Assembly (NCBI GenBank): GCA_018057765.1
Contig: JAGPDB010000009.1
Location: 126-64,125 of the forward strand
Direction of reading: 5' to 3'
DNA from: Acidimicrobiia bacterium
Lineage (GTDB): Bacteria > Actinomycetota > Acidimicrobiia > IMCC26256 > JAGPDB01
DNA length: 64,000 nucleotides
Position 1 is the first letter of the stretch. Each line of letters begins with the position of its first letter. Shown one piece after another: positions 41,433 to 50,161 of this stretch. The position numbers and the translations under genes were made by a program. The notes beneath the pieces were generated by a model, which saw nothing but the letters and a program-made list of their open reading frames with translations, searched no databases and had not been told where the DNA came from.

Positions 41433-42467
41433 TTATATGTCACCTAGTGTAAGGGGTTGGCGTAGATTTTGACTTAGTTGTTGCTCATTGCCAAAGAGTA
41501 TATATGTACCACCTGTATGTAGTAAAATCACATTGGAATCTTTTACGATCTTTCCTTCTTCAATAAGTTGATTTAGCCCAAGCATAGCTTTACCCATGTA
41601 AACAGGATCAATGAGTAATCCATGGTTGCGACCAGCATCAACTACAGCTTGTACTACCTGATCATCATACTGATTATAACCTCCACATACAGCTCCATCA
41701 TGAGTTTCGAAATGTGATTGACTCCTTACAGTAGAGGGAATGTCGGCATATTTTTCTAGATCATCAAGAATAGCCAGATACTTTGATTCGAAAAAAGAAT
41801 TATCTTCTAAAACACAAATGCCTGTTAAATTCCATGGTCGATTTAACATGGTCGTCCCTGCTAATAATCCAGTATGCATGCCTCCTGATCCGGTAGGAAA
41901 AACTATGTGGTCAAAGTTTGTACCGATTTCAGCTTCTTGAGCGGCTAATTCTTTAGCCATGTCAATATACCCTAAGCTACCACGCCAATCTGATGAACCT
42001 GGTGGTAATAAGTATGGTTTTTTGCCTTCTACTTTAAGTCTTTCTACTAATTCATCTAGATGATGTTCAATGTTTGTCCACTCGCTACCTGGTAGTTTTT
42101 TGACTTTAGCTCCCATTAGCAAATCTATTAAGTAGTTTCCATTTGCTTCAGGCATAGGTTCAAAATCGCATACTATAAGTTCACATTTGATTCCAAGCCT
42201 ACGAGCATATATAGCTACTGCTTTGCATTGGTTCGAATTTGATCCGCCGGCTGTAACAACTGTGTCAGAATTCGTATTTATAACATCAGCTAATACATAT
42301 TCTAGTTTTCTTACTTTATTACCAGACGAATATGCATCTAGCTCAGACTCATATTTTATCCAAATATTTACCCCTAATTCATCAGATAGGGTATCATTTC
42401 TTTCCAAGCGTGTAGGCGCATGCGACAGAGAAAGGCGCCCAATACCATTATAAGACTGGTGCATCAT
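41433..42467 (-). CDS. PLP-dependent enzyme of the ACC deaminase / D-cysteine desulfhydrase family
   Basis: Family-defining PLP-lysine motif SSGNKVRKLEYVL. N-terminal ...APTRLER...LGVNIWIKYES and C-terminal LHTGG. Confidence 0.8.
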   Translation of the reverse strand: MMHQSYNGIGRLSLSHAPTRLERNDTLSDELGVNIWIKYESELDAYSSGNKVRKLEYVLADVINTNSDTVVTAGGSNSNQCKAVAIYARRLGIKCELIVCDFEPMPEANGNYLIDLLMGAKVKKLPGSEWTNIEHHLDELVERLKVEGKKPYLLPPGSSDWRGSLGYIDMAKELAAQEAEIGTNFDHIVFPTGSGGMHTGLLAGTTMLNRPWNLTGICVLEDNSFFESKYLAILDDLEKYADIPSTVRSQSHFETHDGAVCGGYNQYDDQVVQAVVDAGRNHGLLIDPVYMGKAMLGLNQLIEEGKIVKDSNVILLHTGGTYILFGNEQQLSQNLRQPLTLGDI

Positions 42468-43800
42468 TTGTCCAACTTCTTAAGTATTCGAAAAAATTAA
42501 GCTCTCCTACAGCAGCACTTAAAGGTAACTCTTGAAAATGAATAGATAATTCTTCGAGCTTTACTCCAGGTTTACATTCAGATACGAGTTCTATTGGCGG
42601 TCTTTCTAGCTCTAAGACTCCTGCAATCCATCCGGATCGCGTCTTTAATGTCATATCATCTAGTGCTTGGCTAGCATCATGTGCAATCATAGGAAGATAC
42701 TCATTTTGACTTGGACCCCCCAACACTTTTACGCCTGGCAATATAGATATGGCTAAAAATCCAAGAGTTAGATTTGGCATTATCTCACCATCTCTTAATG
42801 CCTTGCTTATACATTCTCTGTTAAATGGTATAGGCGCTTCTCCACGACCAAGTTCTATCAACTCATTGTTTATTAACTTTAATGGTCTGAGTCTTCCTTC
42901 TCGAATACGCCAAAAATGGTCTGTAGTATTTGGTAACGCCTTCGCATTAGCATCTGTGTGAGAGTCTTGCAGCTTCATCCATCTGCTACGGGTATCTTCA
43001 TCGAACAATAGGGTGCAAAGTTCATGTGAGTTAGTTTCTATATGTAGTGCGATTAATTCCGCCACTAATCTATCATCTGTATAGACCGGCAGCACTTCGT
43101 TATCTGTATCCCATTTTCTTGAAATTGCAGTATTTGCTGTGATAAAAGCATCTGCTGGTGAAGAAAATAGTCCTCCAAATTTACTTGATGTAAAGCTTTT
43201 TACTGTATCTTGAATTTCTTTAAATTCAGTACGGATTTTTTCAGAGAGAATGTTCTGAGCACCGTCCCACAGAAATTCAACTGCTCTTGCAGTTGACCCA
43301 ACCATCATTTTCGACATTTTATTTGAACTAATTCCAAATATACTTATTTTTTGACCATCGATATCTAAGTAACCAGGCCCAACACCTGAACGAGTTTTCA
43401 TCGTAACCGTGCTTGAAGCATTGACGAAAGTAAATCTTTGGCCAGTTCCTTTAGCTCCGATTCGTGATATGAGATTTGTAGAGAAGGTCGCGGGGTCAAG
43501 TATTAGCTGTAAGTGATCAGCTGTCTGCATCACAGGAGTCTCTCGAAACTGTTCCATTGCAACTTTTGCAGCTTTATCACCATATTGGAAAATAGCCCAT
43601 TTTTCCATAACCGTTATGAACATTTCTCTTGCATCGATTTCTCTAGATGTTGGTTCATGCCCATCATTTTCATAAAGAGATACAGCGTATTGTCCGAGAG
43701 TCATTTCTGGATTGTCGATCAAAAAATCGGCAGTGGTAGGCGATACTTCTGCCAATGCCTGTAGTCTTTTGCTCGCGTCACTACCTTCTTCATACTGCAT
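42448..43800 (-). CDS. Hypothetical protein (450 aa), no recognisable domain
   Basis: Long intact ORF with normal amino-acid composition. It overlaps the downstream PLP-enzyme gene by 20 nt and lies 13 nt after the upstream ORF, so it is in an operon. Confidence 0.6.
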   Translation of the reverse strand: MQYEEGSDASKRLQALAEVSPTTADFLIDNPEMTLGQYAVSLYENDGHEPTSREIDAREMFITVMEKWAIFQYGDKAAKVAMEQFRETPVMQTADHLQLILDPATFSTNLISRIGAKGTGQRFTFVNASSTVTMKTRSGVGPGYLDIDGQKISIFGISSNKMSKMMVGSTARAVEFLWDGAQNILSEKIRTEFKEIQDTVKSFTSSKFGGLFSSPADAFITANTAISRKWDTDNEVLPVYTDDRLVAELIALHIETNSHELCTLLFDEDTRSRWMKLQDSHTDANAKALPNTTDHFWRIREGRLRPLKLINNELIELGRGEAPIPFNRECISKALRDGEIMPNLTLGFLAISILPGVKVLGGPSQNEYLPMIAHDASQALDDMTLKTRSGWIAGVLELERPPIELVSECKPGVKLEELSIHFQELPLSAAVGELNFFEYLRSWTNDAPVL

Positions 43801-43813
43801 GTTGTACTTATTC

Positions 43814-45031
43814 CTATATCGACTTTAACCATTGGTTAAGTGTGTTGTAATGTCCTTGTGAAAATATACTTTCTTTTGAATTTAATGGCTTTTCAAATGC
43901 AGAAAAAAATGTATTTTCTATTTCATCGAATGGAATGTCTATTAGATCTGAATTTTCTCCATAATAACCGGTGAGTGTTGCTTTTGTATATGCCTCTAGA
44001 TTTTCCTTTATAGCTTTGCTTGCTTCTTCATATCTTTTAGCGCCTGGTATCACGATGTCTGCAGGTGTCAATGCAGATGATAAATTTGCAAATGTTTCAG
44101 CTATGAACTGGTCTACATTTAGTGTTTGCTCTATGGTTAATGCTCGACGATCACCTAGATCATGCATAAAAGTATTTCCTGTTCTTGTCAGTGACATATT
44201 CCCAAAATGACGGAATGGTGCTACCAGGCCACTTTTATGCATAGTGCTCATCGCGTTTGCACGTCTGGTCAATACTTGTTTCATTGGCGAAAAATTTTTG
44301 TTGGAACTTAGCTCTGTTAATGCTTCATAGTAAGGAGTATCTCTACCTGGAATCAATTCAGGTAGTCCTAAAACGACATATCCGAATTGATCACCGTCAA
44401 ATGAGCCATTTTCAAATTCACCCCAAGCAATTGCAAGCGGTACTTCGACATTTGTGCCTTCCATTCTTTTTGAGGCTTCTCTGCAAAATATGAATTCATT
44501 AACAGCTTCGCACATAGTGCAATATCCAGATGCTTCTTGCGGAAGCTGAAACCCTCGTAGGTAAGAGTCCTTGTCTGCGAAATAGTATTCAGATCTCCAA
44601 CCCACACCGCCATAACTTTTTGGTGGTACAGCTTCATCAAATACAACACCTTTTACTTGTAAAGAAACTACGGGGTTTATCGCTTTGCCGTCAAGTATAT
44701 CTATTGGTTTTTCTAAATCGAACCAGACTGATCGTGTCTCGTAGTCGGGTATACGGTTTTTACCAATTATTTCTTTTAATTTTGATTTGTCATTGGAGCT
44801 GATTTCGATTTCTTCATTTAAATAAAAGGTCGATTTTCTATCTGTGTCTAAACTCTCGTAAAGTGTGTTTACCTTAGCTTCAGCCGTTGCAGTATCTAAA
44901 TGCCAGTTCGCATGTACTGCTGGATGGAAGGAGGGGCCTCCAAAGTTGGGCATCATTCGGTCATTTATTCTTTTCATGCCAGATTGCCCTTTTTTTCGTA
45001 TATAGCTTGTTATCTCCTTAAATATTGCCAC
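43814..45031 (-). CDS. Hypothetical protein (405 aa), no recognisable domain
   Basis: Long intact ORF, first gene of the minus-strand operon. It contains a CxxC...C patch (GYCTMCEAVNEFIFC) and RHFGN...HDLGD, neither of which matches a family I can name. Confidence 0.6.
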   Translation of the reverse strand: MAIFKEITSYIRKKGQSGMKRINDRMMPNFGGPSFHPAVHANWHLDTATAEAKVNTLYESLDTDRKSTFYLNEEIEISSNDKSKLKEIIGKNRIPDYETRSVWFDLEKPIDILDGKAINPVVSLQVKGVVFDEAVPPKSYGGVGWRSEYYFADKDSYLRGFQLPQEASGYCTMCEAVNEFIFCREASKRMEGTNVEVPLAIAWGEFENGSFDGDQFGYVVLGLPELIPGRDTPYYEALTELSSNKNFSPMKQVLTRRANAMSTMHKSGLVAPFRHFGNMSLTRTGNTFMHDLGDRRALTIEQTLNVDQFIAETFANLSSALTPADIVIPGAKRYEEASKAIKENLEAYTKATLTGYYGENSDLIDIPFDEIENTFFSAFEKPLNSKESIFSQGHYNTLNQWLKSI

Positions 45032-45263
45032 AAAGTGTTGGTATTTGCAAACCAGTATTCAAAATAACCTTAAATTAATTAATATAATTCCTGGTATTCC
45101 GCAATTTGATCGGGAGTCTTGCATTAAATCTATTTTTTAGCTAAATTACTCTAATTGTTGTCAGTTATGTCCGTTAAACGTGGAATCTACAATATTACTA
45201 CTATTCTACATCAATCGTACTATTGTGATAGAATTGAAAAATGACAAAACGGATGTTAAATGT

Positions 45264-46937
45264 ATGAGTGGTAAAGTTTCCTGGCTTGAAGATATCGCAG
45301 ATCGTACCATTTCAAACATTAACCCTCAAGGAAAGACAATTATTTGTGCTTCGGGCATATCGCCCTCTGGTCACATTCATTTAGGCAATATGAGGGAATT
45401 AATGACCCCACATTTAGTGGCTGAAACAATAATCGCTAGAGGTCTTAATGCTGAACATGTTCTTTTTTGGGATGATTTTGATTCTCTGAGGAAAGTTCCT
45501 GCAGGACAACCAGATTGGCTTCATGAGCATATCGGCAGACCCTTAACTTCAATACCTGACCCTAATGGTCAATATGTATCTTATGCAGATTCGTTTATTG
45601 CAGAGTTCGAAAGAGGCATAAAAGATTTACAAATTCCGATCAGGGTAATCAGGCAATCCGAAGAATACCTGAATGGATCCTATTCTGAATTAGTACGACT
45701 TGCAATGGCTGAACGAGAAAAAATATCAAGAATTATAGATGAGAGTAAGACTGGTTTTAAACAAAAAGCTGACGCACCTTTACAACCTGAAGGAGAATAT
45801 TTCCCATTTAAACCTTATTGTGAAATCGATGATTATGCAAGCGATATAACTAGTTACAATGATGACACTTCTGAAATGACCTATTGCTGCCCAAATTGTA
45901 ACCATAATGGTACTATGTCGCTCTATGATACACCATTAAGAGGCAAACTATCATGGAAAGTAGACTGGCCGATGAGATGGTCTAAGTATGGTATCGATTT
46001 CGAACCCGGAGGAATGGATCATGCAACACCAGGTAGTAGCTTTTCTGTAGGCAAACGTCTAGTAGCCGAAATATTTGGAGGTACTCCTCCAGAGTTTGTT
46101 GGGTATTCTTTTGTCGGAAGAAAAGGTTATTCTTCTAAAATGTCAAGTTCACGTGGCGATGGGATAACACCAGATACAATTTTAAATTATATAGAGCCGG
46201 CAATGCTCCGTTGGATGTATGCCAAAAGAAGTCCGAGTAGCTCATTCGAAATTGATCTGTCAGCTGGCGGAATTCGAGGTGAATATGATAGGTGGGATGC
46301 AGCTAATAGAAAAAGCGTAAGTAATTCGGGCGCAGACGATGGTGCTATAGATTTATCTGTTAAAACTTCAGCCGGAGATGTTCCTTACTCGATACCTGCT
46401 TTACGGTTTTCTGCACTTGCTTCAACTCTAGATATGGTACATGGTGATGTTGATCGAGCATTATCAATAATTTTGCAATCTCTAAAACCTGATACAGAGA
46501 TAAAAGATATCGATTCGATAGCTATAAGAATCGATAGGGCGTTGAGATTTATTGAAGAGATTTTGCCGGCAAGTGAGAGAATTGTGGTTCAGGATGAGTT
46601 TGACCACGATTATTACGAAGGGATTTCTGAAGTTAATAGAGTCGGTTTAGCATTACTTGTTTCTGGAATTGATGAGCATAGAAATACTGTAGCTGAGCTG
46701 GAATTATTTATTTATTCAATACCAAGACTAATAAATGAGATTCCTATGGATGCTCCTAAATCAGATGAACTAAAAGTTGCTCAATCAGCATTCTTTAAAG
46801 ATGTATACCAGCTTATATTAGGTAAAGATCGAGGACCAAGACTCTCTACGTTGTTAAGTACATTAGATACAAATAAGTTGGAGTCGCTTGTTAGCTGTCC
46901 TGTAACTATATCTCCTATTTCTGCTCAGCATTTATAG
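45264..46937 (+). CDS. lysK: Class I (archaeal-type) lysyl-tRNA synthetase
   Basis: N-terminal WLEDIADR...ASGISPSGHIHLGNMRE (HIGH-equivalent HxGN typical of class I LysRS), LFWDDFDSLRKVP, and KMSKS-equivalent SKMSSSRG. ATG at 45264 is preferred over the GTG at 45180. Confidence 0.85.
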   Translation: MSGKVSWLEDIADRTISNINPQGKTIICASGISPSGHIHLGNMRELMTPHLVAETIIARGLNAEHVLFWDDFDSLRKVPAGQPDWLHEHIGRPLTSIPDPNGQYVSYADSFIAEFERGIKDLQIPIRVIRQSEEYLNGSYSELVRLAMAEREKISRIIDESKTGFKQKADAPLQPEGEYFPFKPYCEIDDYASDITSYNDDTSEMTYCCPNCNHNGTMSLYDTPLRGKLSWKVDWPMRWSKYGIDFEPGGMDHATPGSSFSVGKRLVAEIFGGTPPEFVGYSFVGRKGYSSKMSSSRGDGITPDTILNYIEPAMLRWMYAKRSPSSSFEIDLSAGGIRGEYDRWDAANRKSVSNSGADDGAIDLSVKTSAGDVPYSIPALRFSALASTLDMVHGDVDRALSIILQSLKPDTEIKDIDSIAIRIDRALRFIEEILPASERIVVQDEFDHDYYEGISEVNRVGLALLVSGIDEHRNTVAELELFIYSIPRLINEIPMDAPKSDELKVAQSAFFKDVYQLILGKDRGPRLSTLLSTLDTNKLESLVSCPVTISPISAQHL

Positions 46938-46991
46938 ATAGTTAAATATCTGGTTCCAGTCTATCTTTCATCTTTATCGCTACTTTGTCGT

Positions 46992-47124
46992 TTAAACTAT
47001 AGCCATGACAACAACACAACAAAAAGCAATGAACCAAGCTACTGCACACCTCGAAACTGGTTATGAAGCTGTTATAGGCTTAGAGGTCCACGTAGAGCTC
47101 GCAACAAACACAAAGCTTTTTTGT
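46992..47124 (+). repeat. Right copy of the gatB-5' direct repeat (functional copy)
   Basis: See 35076-35208. The shared core CACCTCGAAACTGG(c/t)TATGAAGCTGTTATAGGCTT is at 47047-47081 and 35131-35165. Confidence 0.8.
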
Positions 47125-48519
47125 TCATGTGCAAATAATTTTGGTTCTGAACCTAACACTAATACTTGTCCTGTTTGTTTGGCCTTACCTGGCGCGTTGC
47201 CGGTATTAAACGAAAAGGTTGTTGAATATGCATTGCGTATTGGTGAAGCTCTTGAATTCAATGTTCCTACACGCTCTATCTTTCATCGTAAAAACTATTT
47301 TTATCCCGATATGCCTAAAAACTTTCAGACTTCACAATACGACGAACCAATATGTATGGACGGTAAGTTAGATATTGTTACTTCGCTTGGTGAAAAAACT
47401 ATTCGTATAGAGCGCGCACACATGGAAGAGGATACTGGTAAGTCATCTCATATTGGCGAATCAGGTCGTATCCATGGTGCTGATTATTCTTTGGTTGATT
47501 ATAATCGTGCTGGTGTTCCTTTGATGGAAATCGTTTCGCGACCCGACATTTCAAATTCAGAAGAAGCTCGTGCTTATGTTTCTGAATTGCGTGCTGTTTT
47601 AAAAACTATTGGTGTTAGTGACGTGAAAATGGAAGAGGGCTCAATGCGAGTTGATGCCAATGTTTCTGTTCGGCCTATTGGTCAAGAAGAATTGGGTACC
47701 CGTGCTGAAATAAAAAATATGAATTCATTGCGTTCACTTGGTCGTGCTGTTGATTATGAAATTATGCGCCAAATCGAACGTGTTAAAAGCGGAGAAAAGA
47801 TTGTTCAAGAAACGCGTCATTGGAATGAGAATGATGGCGAGACTTCATCTATGCGTTCTAAAGAAGAAGCTAATGACTATCGTTATTTCCCAGAACCAGA
47901 TTTAGTTCCAGTTGTTCCAACAGCTGAAATGAGGAAATCTGTACACGATTCTATGCCTGAACTACCAAATGCGAAACGTGAAAGAATAGTAAACGAATGG
48001 TCAATATCGCAAGCTGATGCTCGTACTTTGATATCTAATGTTGAAATGTTTGACCTTGTTGATGGTGCTATAAAAATTGGTGGTGTTTCTATTGCTAAAG
48101 ATGCAACTAATTTTGTGATCATAGAAATTGCTTCGATTCTTAATGAGAGTGGCGAAGAATTAGATAGTCTAAAAATTACTTCTACGAATCTTTCTGATGT
48201 TTGTACAATGATTTCTAATGGCGATATTTCTCGTAATCAGGCAAAGACTTTGATTTCTAAACTTGCTAGTGATGGTGGGGATGCAAAAGTATTGGCAGAT
48301 GTATTAGGTTTGAAACAAGTAAGCGATACAGGTGCACTTGAATCAATTATAGATAGCGTTTTCGCAGAGTTTTCTGATGATGTTGCAAGTTATGCTGATG
48401 CTGATGAAGTAAAGCAAAAGAAATTGCAGGGTTTCTTAATGGGTAAAGCTATGGCTGCTTCTAAAGGTCAGGGTAATCCTCAACTCTTCAATAAAATCAT
48501 TTCTGAAAAACTTAAATAG
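47005..48519 (+). CDS. gatB: Asp/Glu-tRNA amidotransferase subunit B
   Basis: N-terminal YEAVIGLEVHVEL, CPVCLALPGALPVLN and RAHMEEDTGKS, with a C-terminal GatB/YqeY domain. Full length (504 aa). Confidence 0.95.
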   Translation: MTTTQQKAMNQATAHLETGYEAVIGLEVHVELATNTKLFCSCANNFGSEPNTNTCPVCLALPGALPVLNEKVVEYALRIGEALEFNVPTRSIFHRKNYFYPDMPKNFQTSQYDEPICMDGKLDIVTSLGEKTIRIERAHMEEDTGKSSHIGESGRIHGADYSLVDYNRAGVPLMEIVSRPDISNSEEARAYVSELRAVLKTIGVSDVKMEEGSMRVDANVSVRPIGQEELGTRAEIKNMNSLRSLGRAVDYEIMRQIERVKSGEKIVQETRHWNENDGETSSMRSKEEANDYRYFPEPDLVPVVPTAEMRKSVHDSMPELPNAKRERIVNEWSISQADARTLISNVEMFDLVDGAIKIGGVSIAKDATNFVIIEIASILNESGEELDSLKITSTNLSDVCTMISNGDISRNQAKTLISKLASDGGDAKVLADVLGLKQVSDTGALESIIDSVFAEFSDDVASYADADEVKQKKLQGFLMGKAMAASKGQGNPQLFNKIISEKLK

Positions 48520-48534
48520 TTATAGTGGTTTGAG

Positions 48535-49119
48535 TTGCTATTTTACTTTTCCATAATTGGGTCAATAGGTTCTATAGCAATTCCAATGCCGCAAGCTAAA
48601 AAGGCATATTTTGATTCCACAAAAGGTGTATCTCTAAATACATATATAGGTTTATTTTCTATCGCTGTACTTTGGATACCTCACGGAATTTTTACTCGTC
48701 AACCATTACTAACTTATAGCAATGTTATCTCATTATTTTTTTCTTTGATTATCATTTATGCAATTTCACGAGACAATAACAACTACAAAATCATGCTTTA
48801 TGCTTTTGTAGCAATGTTTGGAAGTCTGTCAATTTATCTTTTAGGTTCATTGACTATAAGAGTTTCTATTTTGATGTTTTTGACATTGTTTTTGAGAATC
48901 CCTCAGATGTACAAAGCTCTTTTCGCAAAAAACATAGAAGGTATTTCAATTTTTACATGGATAATTGCAGGTTTTGGAAATTCAATGTGGTTAGGTGCTG
49001 GTATCATAAAAAAAGATTTGGGTTTAATCATACCAACATCATTTAATGTTGCGTTTTCCATCATAATCGTACTTGTAGTTCTCTTGCGACAAAAAAGTTT
49101 AACGGTGCTGGTAGAATAG
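48535..49119 (+). CDS. PQ-loop (SWEET/SemiSWEET-like) membrane protein with two PQ motifs
   Basis: About 7 hydrophobic helices. There is a PQ motif after helix 1 (IPMPQAKKAY) and another after helix 5 (LRIPQMYKALF). TTG start. Confidence 0.55.
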   Translation: MLFYFSIIGSIGSIAIPMPQAKKAYFDSTKGVSLNTYIGLFSIAVLWIPHGIFTRQPLLTYSNVISLFFSLIIIYAISRDNNNYKIMLYAFVAMFGSLSIYLLGSLTIRVSILMFLTLFLRIPQMYKALFAKNIEGISIFTWIIAGFGNSMWLGAGIIKKDLGLIIPTSFNVAFSIIIVLVVLLRQKSLTVLVE

Positions 49120-49123
49120 AGCT

Positions 49124-50161
49124 ATGAAATATAGTTTTTTTGCAGATTATTCAGAAGGTGCGCATCCTGAAATACTTAAGTGTCTTGTTGATCATAATGA
49201 TGATCAAGATTTAACCTATGGTAATGATAAATATTGTGCATTAGCTAGTAAACGTATACTAAAGCGTTTCAATATTAAAGATGGAGAAGTTCATTTTATT
49301 TCAAGTGGCACACTCGCAAATGTTGTCGGGCTTTCTTCAATGTTAAAACCTTTTGAAGGTATCATCGCGCCTAGCACCGGACATATCAATGTTCATGAGG
49401 CCGGAGCAATAGAAGCTGTTGGTCACAAAATAATCTATTTAGATACACCAGATGGAAAACTTACACCAGATCATATAGAAAAAGCAATGCTCACATATGA
49501 GGATGAGCATACAGTAATCCCAAGAATTTTATATCTAACCCAATCTACTGAAACTGCAAACTTATATACTAAAGCTGAGTTAAAGTCTGTGATTGATCGC
49601 GCAAAATTTCACGGTTTATATGTTTTTGTTGATGGTGCTCGTTTACCTATGGCATTTGCGTCTGCAAAATCAGATATGACACCTGAAGAATTTGGCGCTC
49701 TTGGTATTGATATGTTTTATATTGGTGGAACAAAAAATGGCGGTCTCTTCGGTGAAGCAATCGTGATTACTAATCCTCTTTTACAGCCTTATTTTAGAAA
49801 TCATATGAAACAACGCGGCGCAATTTTAGGTAAAGCCAGAGCGATAGGTGCACAATTTGCACGTTTTTTTGATGAAGATGACTTGTTTATTAAAGTAGCG
49901 AAACATGCTTGTGATGGTGCAAAAAAAATGTATGACGGCTTAGTGGAACTTGGTATAGAGTTTGAAAATGAAGCACTCGTAAATCAAATATTTCCAATAT
50001 TTGAAACTGTACATCTCGATGAGTTAGAAAAGTTATATGGTTTCTATAGGTACGAGAAAATAGGAAATGATAAACAAAAGATCCGCCTTGTCATTTCTTG
50101 GGCAACTCCACAAAGTGCGATTGAAGAGTTTTTAAAAGATGTTAAAACTATCTTGGGTTAA
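49124..50161 (+). CDS. Threonine aldolase / beta-eliminating lyase family PLP enzyme
   Basis: Fold-type I PLP enzyme with an FYIGGTKNGGLFGEA lysine motif typical of this family; ~345 aa. Confidence 0.7.
   Translation: MKYSFFADYSEGAHPEILKCLVDHNDDQDLTYGNDKYCALASKRILKRFNIKDGEVHFISSGTLANVVGLSSMLKPFEGIIAPSTGHINVHEAGAIEAVGHKIIYLDTPDGKLTPDHIEKAMLTYEDEHTVIPRILYLTQSTETANLYTKAELKSVIDRAKFHGLYVFVDGARLPMAFASAKSDMTPEEFGALGIDMFYIGGTKNGGLFGEAIVITNPLLQPYFRNHMKQRGAILGKARAIGAQFARFFDEDDLFIKVAKHACDGAKKMYDGLVELGIEFENEALVNQIFPIFETVHLDELEKLYGFYRYEKIGNDKQKIRLVISWATPQSAIEEFLKDVKTILG

Larger units (their letters stand above)
35209..46991. other. Accessory genomic island inserted at the 5' end of gatB (nine genes; no integrase or transposase visible)
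   Basis: The segment is bounded by the two gatB-5' repeat copies. Its contents are non-core, lie in alternating-strand units and look more AT-rich than the flanking gatA/gatB by eye (not computed). Confidence 0.6.

Noticed and set aside
45032-45263. T-box or lysine riboswitch leader upstream of the class I LysRS
   Set aside because: I could not find the conserved T-box sequence (..GGTGGTACCGCG-like) or L-box-like conserved helices in the 232-bp leader. This was not tested with a covariance model.
35209-46991. Integrase, transposase, phage or conjugation genes that would make the island a classical mobile element
   Set aside because: None of the nine island ORFs shows recombinase (Tyr/Ser), DDE or relaxase motifs. 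I therefore call it an island with a target-site-like repeat, not a defined mobile element.
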